The notes beneath the pieces were generated by a model. That model was not told the DNA's origin, did no database searches, and saw nothing but the letters and a program-made list of their open reading frames with translations. This document shows positions 22,489-35,361 of a stretch of DNA of 64,000 nt, one piece after another. The translations under genes and the position numbers were made by a program. Source of the DNA: Amphiscolops sp. MND2022 (Eukaryota); contig OZ076409.1 in the NCBI GenBank assembly GCA_964187785.1, positions 34,102,001-34,166,000 on the forward strand, read 5' to 3'. Every line of letters begins with the position of its first letter. Position 1 is the first letter of the stretch.

Positions 22489-25400
22489 ATGAGCAACATT
22501 AAACTCTGGTTGTGTTTGTTGGTCGTGTCTGTTCTGAGCTGCGGTAGAACCTGTCACTGCCATGACCTGTATGACGAACACCTAGACATCAATTGGCTTC
22601 CTAATGGAGACTACCTCCTCACCTTTAACTTCAATTTCTCCTTCGCCTCCAAGTCGAACTACACCAAAACAGGGGGTCTACTTTTCGACAGGTTTCCCAA
22701 GGTTATCCATGATGTAATGAGCAGACATTCCATGAACGAGTTTCATTTGTCTTTGACTCAAGGTAGTGCTAGCAGCTTAACCGAAAGTTGATCCCATTTT
22801 TTATGAAAAAAACTTTGCCTCTTTTGAATTGTTGATTTTGGTTTATAAATACCAATATACACAAAAAACTCTTACCGTGTGTAATAATATTTTGGTAATA
22901 TTCCAAATATGACTTCGAATCATGACCGTGTATTCAATACTTATTTAGTGATAACATTTTTGCGCTTCTAGATGAATACTATTGTATGGAAATGCCAAAA
23001 TATATTTTTAAAAGCGATATTTTCTGGAAAAAAATACTGTAGTCCAATTCTTCATATTGAAGTTTTCCATCTTTTGATGACAATCTTCTCATGACAATCT
23101 TTTCATGACAGGCCTGTTTCTAAAAGCTTATATATTCAAATTTCATCAAATGCTAATATTGCCTTGATCGTCTACAAGGTATGTGGCGCTATAAGCAATT
23201 TGGCTACCCCATGGGGTACACGCCCAACCCCAGTGGAGCAGAACTGTGGATCTGGTTCGGACAACAGGTGTCCCTGGATGACCTCAACAGCGAGTGGGAC
23301 CTCTCTGTAAACTCTTTAGCCGGCCTCTTCTGTGCATCTCTCAACTTCATGAGCACTTCTTTCAGTGGCACTCCGGCCAGGGTCTTGAAGCCACTCTCCG
23401 GGCATGTTGTACAAAATAATTCGAGAAGTTTAAATGCAGTAGATTAGGTCGCTTGTAAGTTAAAGTGCAAAAGAAGCGAGAGTGCCGACACCGAAGTTTG
23501 CGCTAATTTGATTGGTCAAAACTATTTGATCTTTTTCAGCATTTATCGAATTTGACAACCGTGCCAGAACATGTCGTTGGCAGAATTCTGAAAAATTCAT
23601 CATCGGTTTTCTAAAAACTTCGTTTCGAGGCACTGAGCAATTCCGCGACACCAGTACATTTTAAAGACTAATCTTGTGCTTGTTTTATTTAACATTAAGT
23701 TCGGAATGTAAAGAATTTGCAGATGTTAACAATTTAAACTTGCTGAGCCATTTTTCCCAGAGAGCGCCGCCTAGGCGTTAATGGGTCTGTCACAAGCACA
23801 ACAAGTGATAAGCTCGTTTTTTGGTAAACCTAATTCGCGGTTGAAAAGATGTTTCAACTGTTACTACAATAGTTTTTCATAATTTTCACAGTCTTGCGTT
23901 GATTTTGGGAACAATTACACTATGGTAGCAAAAAGCGACGTACAGCTGAAAATTAAATCTTATTCAGTTTGTGAAGAACTTTTTTCATTCTCAACCGGAA
24001 GTGAAATCAATCACTCTTGAATTAAACATTGTTGAAAATGGTCAAACCTTTGGATTCATACGTTGTTTGCAAAATCGTTACACTTCGCGAAATGGGTTTA
24101 TCATACAAAGAAATTAAAGAAAAGTTGGGTCTTAAATCTCGATCGACAGCTCAAACAGCTTATCAGCGTTTTTTGAGAACGAACTCTTATGTGGCGAAAA
24201 AACCTCCAGGCCGGCCAGAAAAGCTCAGCGAAAAAGAGCAAAGACTAATAGTTCGAAGAGTGGAAAAAGACCCAAAAACAACATTAGAACGAGTAAGAGT
24301 ACTGCAAAACTCTTTTTCAACGTCAAAGACAGTTTCTAAATGCACTATTCGAAGAATCCTGAATTGTTTCTAGAAAAGCCGCAAAAAAGTTTAACTTGAA
24401 CAAAAAACAAAGGCTGGTCAGAAAACGCTGGTGCTCGAGAATGTTGAAAAAACCCTTGGTTTTTATCCAGCGTCAATTTTCACCGAAAATGGGAAAAAGT
24501 TATGGAATTTTTTGAAAGAAAAATTATTTGAGAAAAATCTCAAAGTGCCGAAAAAACCAAAACGAAATAAAAATATTTATCAAATCAATCACTTTGGTAG
24601 AGTGAACTAATTAATAGCGCTTTTGATGGTGCTGTCAATGATACAAGACGAGATTGAATAGTGTGCGCTTGAATAGTGATGGCGTTGTGCGGGTGTTCAG
24701 GAAAACTGGTCGTCGCTTTTGCCCGAAAAACACACAGGGAATACGCACAGACAAAAGATCTATGATGTTTTGGGGGCCATCAGATCAGATGGTAGGAAAA
24801 TGCTAATTAAATGTCCCGCAACACTCAACAGTTACGGATATTTGGAGATTTTGAAGCAATACGATCGACATTTGAATATACCGGATTTGGTGTTCCAGCA
24901 AGACAACGCCCCAGTACACAAAAGTGAAGTTGTTCGCAATTTTCTGGCCCAAGAGCAATGGGAGGTGCTGGATTGGCCAGCTTACAGTCCTGACCTGAAT
25001 CCTATTGAAAATATTTGGGCGATTTTTAAAAAAAGCTTGCGAGGTCAGATTGTTACCTGGGAGAATTTAGAAGAAAAGGTTATGGAAGTGTGGAACAACA
25101 TAAACACTGATGTTGTTCGCAACTTGTACTCATCGTATGAGAATCGTCTGGTGAAGGTAATCAAAAACCATGGTTGTTTGACGGGATATTGATTTATTAT
25201 TTGTTTCAACAGTTGTTTCAAATTTTACTGTTCTGAGTTTTTTTTAAAAAAATGTTGGTGTACGTAGCTTTTTGATACCATAGTGTATGAAATAACTGAA
25301 AACATTCTTACTTTCAATTGAACGGATGGAATTAGAATTAATATGCTCTTGATTATCGCCATTCTGATCACTTTTAACAATGAAAACAGCTTTTCAATCA

Positions 25401-28400
25401 AGTTTATTAGATCTCAGTTCACTGCATAGTCAAGAAACCAAAACTTTTCTTACAACATTCCTATCGTCGTATAGCTTCCACTCAACTTTGAAAAGCTCAG
25501 CTGCGAAGTATGCAAATCTACCTGCCGAGATAGTTTGCACTGAGAATCTAACTCCCTGGAAGAAGCTACTACCATGTGAAGTGTCTTCTGGCATTGTTCA
25601 GCTACTGAACCCCAATCAAATATTCAGTTCCAAGTATACGTCTTTGGATGTAGCTGCATTCACCGAGTGTATTTCGAACGACTGCTCAGAGACACAAACA
25701 GGGATGTGATCAGAATCTGTAATCAGAAAATAAATTGTCGTACCAATTGTGTCTTGTGCTAATCAACCTGGTCTTTTGGCCATGGCTTTTTTGTTTCCGT
25801 TGGTTTCTTTTTGGACGCAACCACGTTCGTTGCTTTAAGCTAAAATAGAGGTATGATATTAACTGCTTTTGATACCTGAGATTCAAAAGTTATGGTCTTT
25901 CTTTAGAAGAATTGTTTTTTTTTAACACTTGGTTTTTTTCAAAGTTGGTTCATTGATCATCCTTGTATTCACTCAGTGCTGAAAATGACTGCTGCTGTGG
26001 TTTTTGATGGCTACAAGTATCACGATTACTCCAGAACCTTTTCACTCCTGACGTTGCTCCATAAACCCTTGGGTGTACCGTGCCCAGTAGCTGGGACAAC
26101 ATCAGTGGAAGCCCGAAGCTCTAAACCCGGTTGCTCCCTGATTTTGTCAACCAGAGGGAACTCCGAGATTTCCCAAAAGTTGGCGATTACTTCTAATGAG
26201 TGGTACACTGACATTAATTTGATGAGAAGGTGTAAGGAAGAAAAAACTGGAATTGAAGATACTGAGATGAAGAAGAAAGATGAAGTTAAGAGAGCCGTTT
26301 CTCCTCTTTTGGTGCAGAAGTACTTGTCAACTTCTACAGGTGATGCTTGTTTGTGTTTATCGAAATTTTTAAAATTCTATTAACGATAGTTTGCGTCCGA
26401 ACTGAAAAGTTTGAATAGCAATGAATTAGGTTAGTTGTCTCGATTTGTCTGTCAATCGGAAACTCACAGGAGCTATCTTGCTAGTTCATTGATTGATGTT
26501 CGATGGTAGGAAATATTCGCGTTTGGGTTAACGAACTATTAATTCCACTTGTTGAAATCAAAATAAATGGCTTTTTTGTCTAATGGAATATCTAGCTACT
26601 TCAACCTCTAGCATAATCGGTAGCATTTTGAATTCCAGTTTCTTTATGGCATTAACCTTCGATTTTTTGTTTTTGGTAATTTTTGAATAGATTATTACTA
26701 GCCACTGCAATTATTGTTTCAAACTTGCAAGCTTCTCATTTGCAGGTTTCAATGAAGAGTTCATAATCTGTCAGATCAGCAACAAGATAGGACGAGATGT
26801 GAAAATAGGGTACTTTGACCTGGTGCCTTGGCACTTCCGTCTCCTCACGCACACTCTCACCATCGTGTCCTCTAATGGGTCCACCATACAACCCACCTTC
26901 TTCAGTTACTTGCCTTCCATCGACAGAGAAAGGTACACATTTTAATCCTCAAGGACTAGTATTAAAAAGCTGCTTTACCTGTGTCAAACTGGGGATTTTT
27001 TTCGCTTGCTTTGAAGAAATTCCGTTTCATTATTTTCTCAATAGCAGGAATTATATAGAAACTTTGGCGATAAGTTTTTTTTCAAATGAGTATGTTCGTT
27101 AACCGAGTACCTACTGTAGAAGATTCAGATAGTTTGTTTGGCATTGAGTATAAGCGTGAGATTGAAATTTCTCGAGCTGTCGAGAGCTTCGCATTCATTC
27201 ATTCAAATGTGAATGTGAAACTTCGCATACGCTTAGTAGTTAGTTATATTTGCTTTAGCCCGAGAAGAATTAGGGCGGTGTAAACTGGTACAACAATTAC
27301 TTGTGCGCTATATTAAGATTAAACAGAAGTTTATCGTTATTCCAGATATGCTTCCAGGGTTGGCCTGTTTTAAAACACGCCAATAAGAAACGTTTTAAAA
27401 CATCAATAAAAAACGTTTTAAAACATTTTATTAAACATTTTGAGATTTGAATAAGATAATCAATTGTTTTTTATTTTCGATTGTTTTCACCCCCTATTTT
27501 TTGAATGTGATATATCGTTTATAACGAAAGGCAGCCAAATTCTGCTTTTTGTATCGCCAATTAAACAAGAAATAATTTTCTTCAATTTACATTTAATGTA
27601 ATTAAAGATTAAGAAACAATATCCTTTTCTCAGTTTGAAGCGGAATATTTATAAACAATAAAAAAGAAAAAAACATGTTTAATTGCATAAAAAACTGTTT
27701 TATTTGATAAAAAAACAAACAAATGACCAACCCTGTATGCTTTGCCCCGCAGGGGCCTATTTTCATCAATCTTGTAGAATCCATTAGTCGAAGAAGAACG
27801 CTCTGCAGGATTGGCTGATTATAATCAAATTTTATTTGAAGTATTTCAATCATCAGCCAAAATAAGCGATCAGCCAAAATAAGCCACTTTTTGACGTGAA
27901 TGAGTTTTTTGATGTTCAAAAAATCAACAGTTTCTGACTTTTGTTCCGGGCACTGTACAATCAGAATGCGTTCCAATCGCTTTAGACTTGGTTCTTTGCA
28001 AACTAAAACCTAAAACGTGTTTTCTGATCCTTTCTTTGAATTTGTCTTTAAAAAGTTTTTAGTTTTCTCTATTTTGATTTTTGATCAATTTAGTATAGAA
28101 TATATTGATTTTAATAGAATTGAAGTGATTAAAATATTGTTTTTATTTCGTTTGAAAGCCAACCCTGATTCGAACAACCTCTTGTTTCAATATGTCGATA
28201 CAATAAGCAATATAGTCCTGGAACTATAGTTGAGACAGTTTACACTGGCCTTCTACGTTTGTGATTGTCGCAATGGAAGAGAACTACAGCTGAAAGTTGT
28301 TTTCAGATCTTCCACGTTCGAGATGGAGTTGGTTCTTCCGGCTGATGAGAGTATTGAGATCACAATGAAGATCCGAAAAGTGCTTCTCAAGTGGACAGAA

Positions 28401-29077
28401 CACCCTCCCGACCCTCATCATGGACACAATTACGGGCCCTCTATTGTATATGTTGACCTGGACGGGTTCACCTATAGGTAGTGTTAGCAGCTCCACTAGG
28501 AATTACCAATCCTTAGGTCTCGATATGTTATCAAACATTATTATACCCCTGTGTTGGATCGATCTATGTATCTGAAGACAAACAGTTCAAGCCTTAAAGA
28601 TGGTTTCAAGTGATTTTTCGTTGACAATTGATAGCAAATGTGTTCGCGCTCTTCTTCAAAGTAACGAAATTACTCATGTTTTTATATTTTTTCTCAGAAT
28701 TTTGTCCTAAATTGAAAAATTTTTAAAAAATGAAAATTGGTTTAATTTTGTTTTGATATAATTTTCTGCTCAGAATATTCAATCAGAACTGCAAACACTG
28801 ACCACTTACTTCTAGGGTATACTCAGAGCCTCTCATCATCCAACTGATGGTACCCGATTTCAGTATGCCTTACAATGTCCTGTGCCTCTCTTGCACCATC
28901 ATGACCATCGGCTACAGTGCGGCCCAGACCCTAGTCACAAAGCGGTACATGTTTGTTTCTCGCAAAAGCAGCGCCAATTCTCTGAAAAATAAACTGAAGA
29001 ATCTAAAAACTAAAATCTTGTCTCTGCTCAAACGAACAAAAACTGATGAAATATCTTCCAAAGATAAGGACCAGTGA
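22489..29077 (+). CDS. PIGT: GPI transamidase subunit PIG-T (Gpi16), 7 exons
   Basis: Exons 22489-22762, 23179-~23430, ~25500-~25701, 25977-26339, 26746-26932, 28307-28477, 28816-29077. Diagnostic motifs: LSLTQGMWR, PSGAELW, LAGLFCASLNF, EIVCTENLTPWKKLLPC, VPWHFRLLTHTL, LLKWTEHPPDPHHG, PDFSMPYNVLCL. The boundaries of introns 2 and 3 are uncertain. Confidence 0.93.
23918..25285 (+). mobile_element. Tc1 (DD34E) DNA transposon in PIGT intron 2, defective
   Basis: TIRs CACTATGGTAGCAAAAAGCGACGTACA / TGTACGTAGCTTTTTGATACCATAGTG, flanked by TA on both sides. Confidence 0.92.
24038..25192 (+). pseudogene. Tc1 transposase pseudogene
   Basis: HTH and GRPEKLS N-terminus. FQQDNAPVH...WPAYSPDLNPIE with 34 residues between D and E. 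Frameshifts near 24360, plus a ~165-bp insertion (~24487-24653) at the first catalytic Asp. Confidence 0.9.
27182..27350 (+). repeat. Dispersed repeat family, copy 1
   Basis: GAGAGCTTCGC...CATTCAAATG.GAATG.GAAACTTCG...CCAGATATG is also found at ~48531-48700. The shared tail GCCCC..AGGGGCCTATTTTC resumes after the inserted MITE. Confidence 0.75.
27355..27735. mobile_element. hAT-type MITE
   Basis: Termini CAGGGTTGG / CCAACCCTG; 8-bp TSD TATGCTTC / TATGCTTT (1 mismatch); AT-rich interior. Confidence 0.8.
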
Positions 29078-30027
29078 TGACGAATTTGATGACGTTTGAA
29101 TTCAATCTTGATTCTTGTTGAACCCTTGATGGAAATTCCAGTTGATACTTAATGCTGTATAAATTCACTTTGTATTATAGCCAAACTTGAATATTTTCCG
29201 TAACTTGAAACCGTTTGTTTTTGCTGAATTTTACTGTATTCATCATATCTCGAGCCAATATATTATTTCTACAGTTATACCTTGTCATCGAAGTCCGTTT
29301 AATCCAAGTTGAATGATTAGTGGAGACTTACTGGTTAGTTTTTTGAGCATCATAGAAATCTTGAAACAAAGGCACTAAAGTGCTTACACGGGAGTCGTGA
29401 ATAATTATCGCGAAGGTGTGTGTTACGTAAAGCAGACGCAATATTGCAAATACTTCCTGAAACAATTGTGACAAGGAAACTTGAATAAAGAATAAGCGAA
29501 AAACTTCTGACATGTTATTGCAAACAAACATATTGTCCAAGAGGTCTGGTTGACTGCCCCATGCATTTTGTGACGAAAACCACTCCCTCAAGGAATCAAT
29601 TGTGTGAAAAACTAGTAATGCCCCGTAAAATAGTTTCTAGCAATTTTTAAACCTGTCTGCCAAAAAACATTGAGCCCAAGTTCTTCGGCTAAAAAACTAT
29701 CTCTCGCATACTGAGTTTATGAACATTTTAACTTGAGCCGTTTCCAATTTTCTGATTATACGCGGTGAAAAAAGTAAAGAAAACAAAAATAACAGAAGAT
29801 AGGCTTTAATGGAGCGTGGAATATAGCACCAGAAGCGAAAGTTCTCAGCTTTCGCAAGGTCGTCTTCAGGCAAAAACGTATCAAGCTGAAACCTTCAGAA
29901 ATTCATTGACAAACGAGTAGTCGAGAATGTTTCCGAAATTCTTTTTTGAAAAGTATACACAACTGCGTTGGTTCTGGAAGGAAGCAAAGGCAAGTTTGTC
30001 TAAAATCAGGCGAATAAATGCTTCGTG

Positions 30028-30699
30028 CGTTCTAAAATATCGCAACTCAAGATGAAGTTCAAAACCAAAAAGCTCGCAAACTCACAAATACAACAAATTG
30101 TCAGCTAGGAAAGTTTCTCAGAATTTTAGCTAGTTTACAAAAATGTTTGAAAGTAACATAGCCCATATTGAGAAAGCTAGAAAATACTCGATTTTCGAAA
30201 ACTCAAAATTCAATTGAAATTTTTAAAATTTGCAACTTGAAATTTTTGGAAATTTTTTCTATTAGGAGACTCCTTTTAATCTCCCGAAGCTATTGAATTG
30301 TCCTGATTGGGAATTTGTTTGAAATCAGGAAAAAAAATCTACTCTATTTTGTGTTTATGAACACTGCAATACATGTATTATGATAGGCTATACGAACTGT
30401 ATTTAGGAAATTGATTTTTATTCGAAATCGAAAAAGTTTTTCAATCAAATCATATCAGAATCCCCAAGGGATTGGGTGGCAAATGATTGACCAAAAGGTT
30501 TTCAAAAATATTTTCTCAATTTTGTGAAAATCAAAAAACAAACTTCACAAAATTTAGTCAATGTACAATTTCTTTTTTGGAAACTACAAACAATTCTAAA
30601 AAACTTTCCTAGCTGACAGTTTTTCCGATTCGTGGCCATTTTTGAATTTGAAATTTGCAATTGTAAGCAGATGAGTTGCGATATTTTAGAACGTTACTG
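30028..30699. mobile_element. MITE with long inverted arms (Tc1/mariner-like right end)
   Basis: CGTTCTAAAATATCGCAACTCA (30028) is inverted at ~30672-30693. TGTCAGCTAGGAAAGTTT (~30099) is inverted at ~30601-30618. The right end is ...GTTACTG followed by TA; the left end looks truncated. Confidence 0.65.
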
Positions 30700-31760
30700 T
30701 ACCCATAAAATGCAATGATCTAAAAACTTGCTGCAATGTGCTTTGAGGTGGTCTAGGTTTTGAATTTACTGATACTTTGCCCTATTACTCCTCAGCTTTC
30801 ACGAACAAAAAATGTATCTTTGAACATTACTAGGTTTTCATTATTTTTCGAACACTAAAGTTTCCTAATTTCCGGAAATTGTTTCCGAAAATTTGTTCAT
30901 TTCATGCACGTTTTCCCTAACAGCAATTGTAGCTGGAATCGTTCCGCTTTTTGGGCCAGTGGTAGGGTGTGAGGTGTATGAGTTCGAATTCTCTGAACAA
31001 AAAACGTTCCATAATATCAAATTAAACAATAATATATCATTCCTTTTTACATCATGCCACAATGATTTCGAAACGCAAAGTAGCATCTAAATATTAAAGT
31101 TGAAGTGATTTCAAGAACTTTTCTTAATTCGTAAAAAAGTACCTTCTTTTTGGATCGTTATTTCAATTTTCACAACTACCTGAAAAAGGTCGCCGGCAGT
31201 AAGAAATCAGAACTGATTTGTAAATATTAGCAAAAATTGGATCACCAATGACTCAAAATTGCCTTCATGAAGTCTAATCTTGCCTTGTCTGCTTCTCCAT
31301 TTCTCGATGTGCCGCAAAACTGAAAACGGCTAAATTTTATCAGCAGCTGATGTTGATTTTATTAATCTCGAAACGTGATCAACAAGGAATGTCAATTCTG
31401 AAACGAACCCTAATTTTAGAATCATAGAATGCTTGCAGTCAAATTATTACGAACTCTTGGAAGTTCCATTACATAGTTCAAGCTTATACGTTTCTCAGAA
31501 ATAGGGTTCTAATTTTTCTACAAGTTTCTTAGTTGTTGCCTAAGTTAAAACCACCTGATCAACTCCATTGAAGTTCATCTCTTTATCTGAAAACAAATTT
31601 CAAACAGAATCGCTTTTATTGGTGTTTTTGTTATTTTTAAATTGCCCAATATTAATAACCACTGGGAACATATCAGCTTCCAACTTTTTCCTAACTTTTC
31701 AAAGTTGAACGTCCGACTCAAATCGCAGGTATTCATAGGCAGAAAACAAGTGACCACGAG

Positions 31761-34269
31761 TGTTACGACATGCCAACGAGTCGTTCTGAGTTGAACTTAT
31801 TCTCACTGACTTCGTAGGGGTATAGAAGTTTCTTGTTTCCTCTTCTACTTCTTCCTCGGTATTTTCCCTAATGGTTCCCCTTGTTTCAGGTTTCAAGAGT
31901 TTCAACATTTCCTTCTGAGATTCGATAAGAAGATTCTTAATCTCTGATGTTATTTCCTCTTTCAAGGAAGCCCTTAAACTTTCTAAGAGGCTGTTTTCAA
32001 TCCGGGGGGATTTTGAGTTAGAGGGCCCCGCTACCTCATCGTCCTGGTTTAAGGAACAAGGATTTCCTACTACTATGGGTGAAATTAAGCCTTCACTTAC
32101 GTTCTCATTGGTGCTTTGCTGATCATTCCTTCTTTTCTGGCTTCTTGTTGTTGACATTTTGTGGAAAAATTTGATCTTGAAGAATTGATTTCTTTCAGAT
32201 ATATTTTCTAACAAGATAGAACAAGGCAAGAGTTTGATGAAATTGAAAATTCAACTGAATTGTGCAATCACAAAAGACTGAGTCCCTCAGTTAGCTAAAA
32301 TCATCGTATATATACCCTCCTAGCATCATTTGATCACGAGTTAAGTCCTAATTTCCTTCGAATAATTAGTCATTTCCTGTATTTTCGGTGCAAAAATCAT
32401 TTTGTTCCCAATTTCACGTCGACATTCCGTCAAATTTTAAGACACGGCAAATCTAATCTAGCATTAGTCATCAACCGTAATCATATTATTTCAGCTCGGC
32501 GTCCTTTTGTTTCCTCCCAAGCAGGAAGTAGATATTACTTCAGTCTGTCAAACCGGAAATATTTCCGTTTTGCTGCTTTGGTTCGTAAGAAACTGACGCT
32601 GAGGTGACGCCGGCATGAACAACTAATGCCTGAATTTTGATATTTCGCTCGGAAAAATGCTATGACTAATGTTTTCAGCTCTGTAATTTCCAATGATGCT
32701 AGGAAGGAAATGAAATTAAGATTAAAGAATTAGCAACAACCTCAAATTAGTTTCAAATTAAATAATTAATGGTTAACAAAATAAAACAACGACACATTGA
32801 CGCTTGATGGCTTGATAGACTAAATTGTCTAATTCAGACTTCTGCCCCAATTTAATAATATTTCAATCCCAAATGCTGACTGATATTATTTTAGCATTCA
32901 TCCGATGAATATACATAACACTCTGTCAACAGGTTTTAACTTGCACGTAAAATAATATTTCGAACAAAAGTTTGACGACGTGAGAACGGCACTTTGTGGA
33001 TTTTCTGAACAAGCAAGAGTTCAAAACCTTTTATCATCAGATCTTAAACATTACAAAAATGTACAATAGCAACACAAACATTTATTCTGAGTTTATGCAC
33101 ATTGGGGTCAAAGCAATGACCATCCTGATTAGGGGACGACGACGTACCGGCGTCCAATTAAACACAACAAGGTAATAGCACACGCTTTATGTAGTACAAA
33201 ATACAAACGTATGAAAATATATTTCCAATACGAAAATACTATCGATTTACTTTCGTCATGCCCATAAACTGTGACTTTCACCTACATTATACGGGGATTT
33301 CCATTTCAACTTAAGTTTTAGAGCAGAATTAATCCGGCAAAGGAAATATTTGACGAAAACGTGGCGTAGGTCTTCAAATTCCCTACTAATTGTCTTGTTA
33401 AATCACCAAACACTTTAAACGTATTCCTAGCACTAATTAGTTTGATTGATATTCATCATAATTTTTGGATGGACTAAAACAACTTGTCTTGATGGAATTT
33501 GGACGTACCGTGGACGTACGTATTAGTATTAGGCCTGGTCCAGCATAGTGGACGTAACGCGGACGTAAATTTGAAGTAAGAATTAGTCCGCGCCTAGAAG
33601 ACAACACCGTGACGTCACTATGGCGGAAAATTGGAATGATTTTAAGTAGTGTCACTAATATAGGCGGTAAATTGGAATGGTTCTCTAGTGAGAGCGGACG
33701 GAACGGTGACGTCACACTATATACTTTCAAGTGTGCTTCTTACCGACATCTATTATACATGTATTCTTTATTTTGTTTACTTAGCGCAGTGCCAACATCC
33801 TAATCCGCACTAATTGCTGTTCAAAGTGCAATTAAGCTGCCTTTCTTAGAAAAGGAGTGAATATCTCAGTGTGTCATCTCAATGTAGTTTCTATTTTAGA
33901 TTCAGATAATGTCCTTTTTCCAATGGTGATTTTGGATATATTTTCATTTAAATCGGTTTATGGTCTTTATTTCACGGCGTGTTTTAATTTAGTTTTCAGG
34001 TGGCGAATGTTTCTATTTTGGCGCACTAAGGACGTCCTACCGGATGTGCGTGAAAACATCTTATTTCATTTTAGTTTCTGTTCTCATTTTGTTGAAATTT
34101 TACGTAAGTTGGGCGTTCATTTTCGTATTCTTAGTCACAGTTTATTTCAAAGATAAGGTTTTAGAGTTACCAGTTAAGTAAGATTTGGGGAATCTCAGGT
34201 TTCCTCCGTGTCCTCTCCCGATCTTCAGTCGTCTACAACCACAAGCCAGACCGGGAGCGGGCTGTGACA
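31761..34269 (-). repeat. 3' LTR of Gypsy element 2 (2509 bp)
   Basis: Direct repeat of 45535-48049; roughly 17 substitutions/indels counted by eye (~99% identity). Confidence 0.95.
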
Positions 34270-34864
34270 GGGCCGCTCTTGTATGAAGATTGACGCTGCC
34301 CGGGGCTCTGAGTTGTGAAGCAATTGACGAAGTAGTGGCGACTGGTTGTACTCTCCTCTCTAAATCGTTCAAAGGGCTTGCCTGCAAGAAATTTATCATC
34401 TTTGGTGTTCCCGGCGGGGTGTTGAAGTAAGAAGAGGCGTCCTCCTGGTGCACTTTTTCGAGGTATTCTGCTATTCTACTACTCGTTGTCGACTCTTTTT
34501 CGCCTGCCGAGGGTTCAACAACAAATATGTCAGATGACAAGCTTTCGTCAGGGCTCTCTGGAGAGTCGGCCATTACTCCTTCTTCGGGACTTTCCGACTG
34601 TGGGTATTGACCCGATTCCACCGTTTCAAAGCTCGTGCTGAGTTTCATTTTTTTGCATTCAGCTTCCAGAGAGTCCAGAGAGAGGTCGAGGAATTCTTCC
34701 TCATCTGCAGTAGCTTCCGCAGACGAATTCAGTATTTCGACAATTATTCTGGGATATTCTTTGTTGACTCTAGGTAGCGGGGTAGAAGCCCTCGTGATCT
34801 CACCCTCTTCTTCACTTCACGACGAGATGTCGATCAATTCGTATATATCTAGTAGATTATTCAT
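34142..34864 (-). pseudogene. Accessory acidic Ser/Glu-rich ORF of element 2 (element sense strand), one premature stop
   Basis: ATG at 34864 (MNNLLDIYELIDISS*SEEEGEI...) is in frame with the 168-aa ORF starting at 34648. The frame reads across the internal/LTR junction into the 3' LTR. Confidence 0.5.
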
Positions 34865-35084
34865 CTTCTTTGTGAGGTTTCTTTCTTTTTGCAGCTGTCG
34901 TTCGTATTTAATTGTTCCACAATGAATTTAGGATTAATTAGGATTAAGGAGAATATTGGGATAAATCCCTCCATTCTGATTGGTTAAACAATCATTTTAA
35001 TCCTTTTTAATCTTCAGGTGTTGACGCTGAGTCAACGTCGTTTTTTATTGGCTGCAAATTGAATTAATCCGCTTAGCCAAGTTT

Positions 35085-35330
35085 GTCAACGTTATGCTGA
35101 CGTCATTTTCGCTAGCTTAGCTAACTTTTTGTTTTGTCACCGTTATGATGACGTCATTGTAGGTCATGGGATTAATTTCTCAACACTCATAACCCTTTTG
35201 TCGACGTTATGCCGACGCCATTTTCGTCGATATTTCAATCAACTTTTAGTGCCGACGTTATGCCGGCGTCAATTTCGTTGGTGATTAACCAACTTTTAGG
35301 TTTTGTCACCGTTATGATGACGTCAATTTT
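35085..35330. promoter_or_regulatory. Array of five ~50-60-bp-spaced CGTTATG...GACGTCA (CRE-like) motifs between divergent ORFs
   Basis: Copies near 35090, 35140, 35204, 35256 and 35310; three contain the perfect palindrome TGACGTCA. Promoter function is inferred from position. Confidence 0.5.
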
Positions 35331-35361
35331 GGGTTTGTTTTCAGATTGCCTCTTTGGAAAA

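Noticed and set aside
31699..32229. Independent host gene
   Set aside because: It is the Gag N-terminus copied in the 3' LTR.
33437..34156. Short ORFs duplicated at 47216-47935
   Set aside because: Identical only because they lie in the LTRs; no recognisable protein features.
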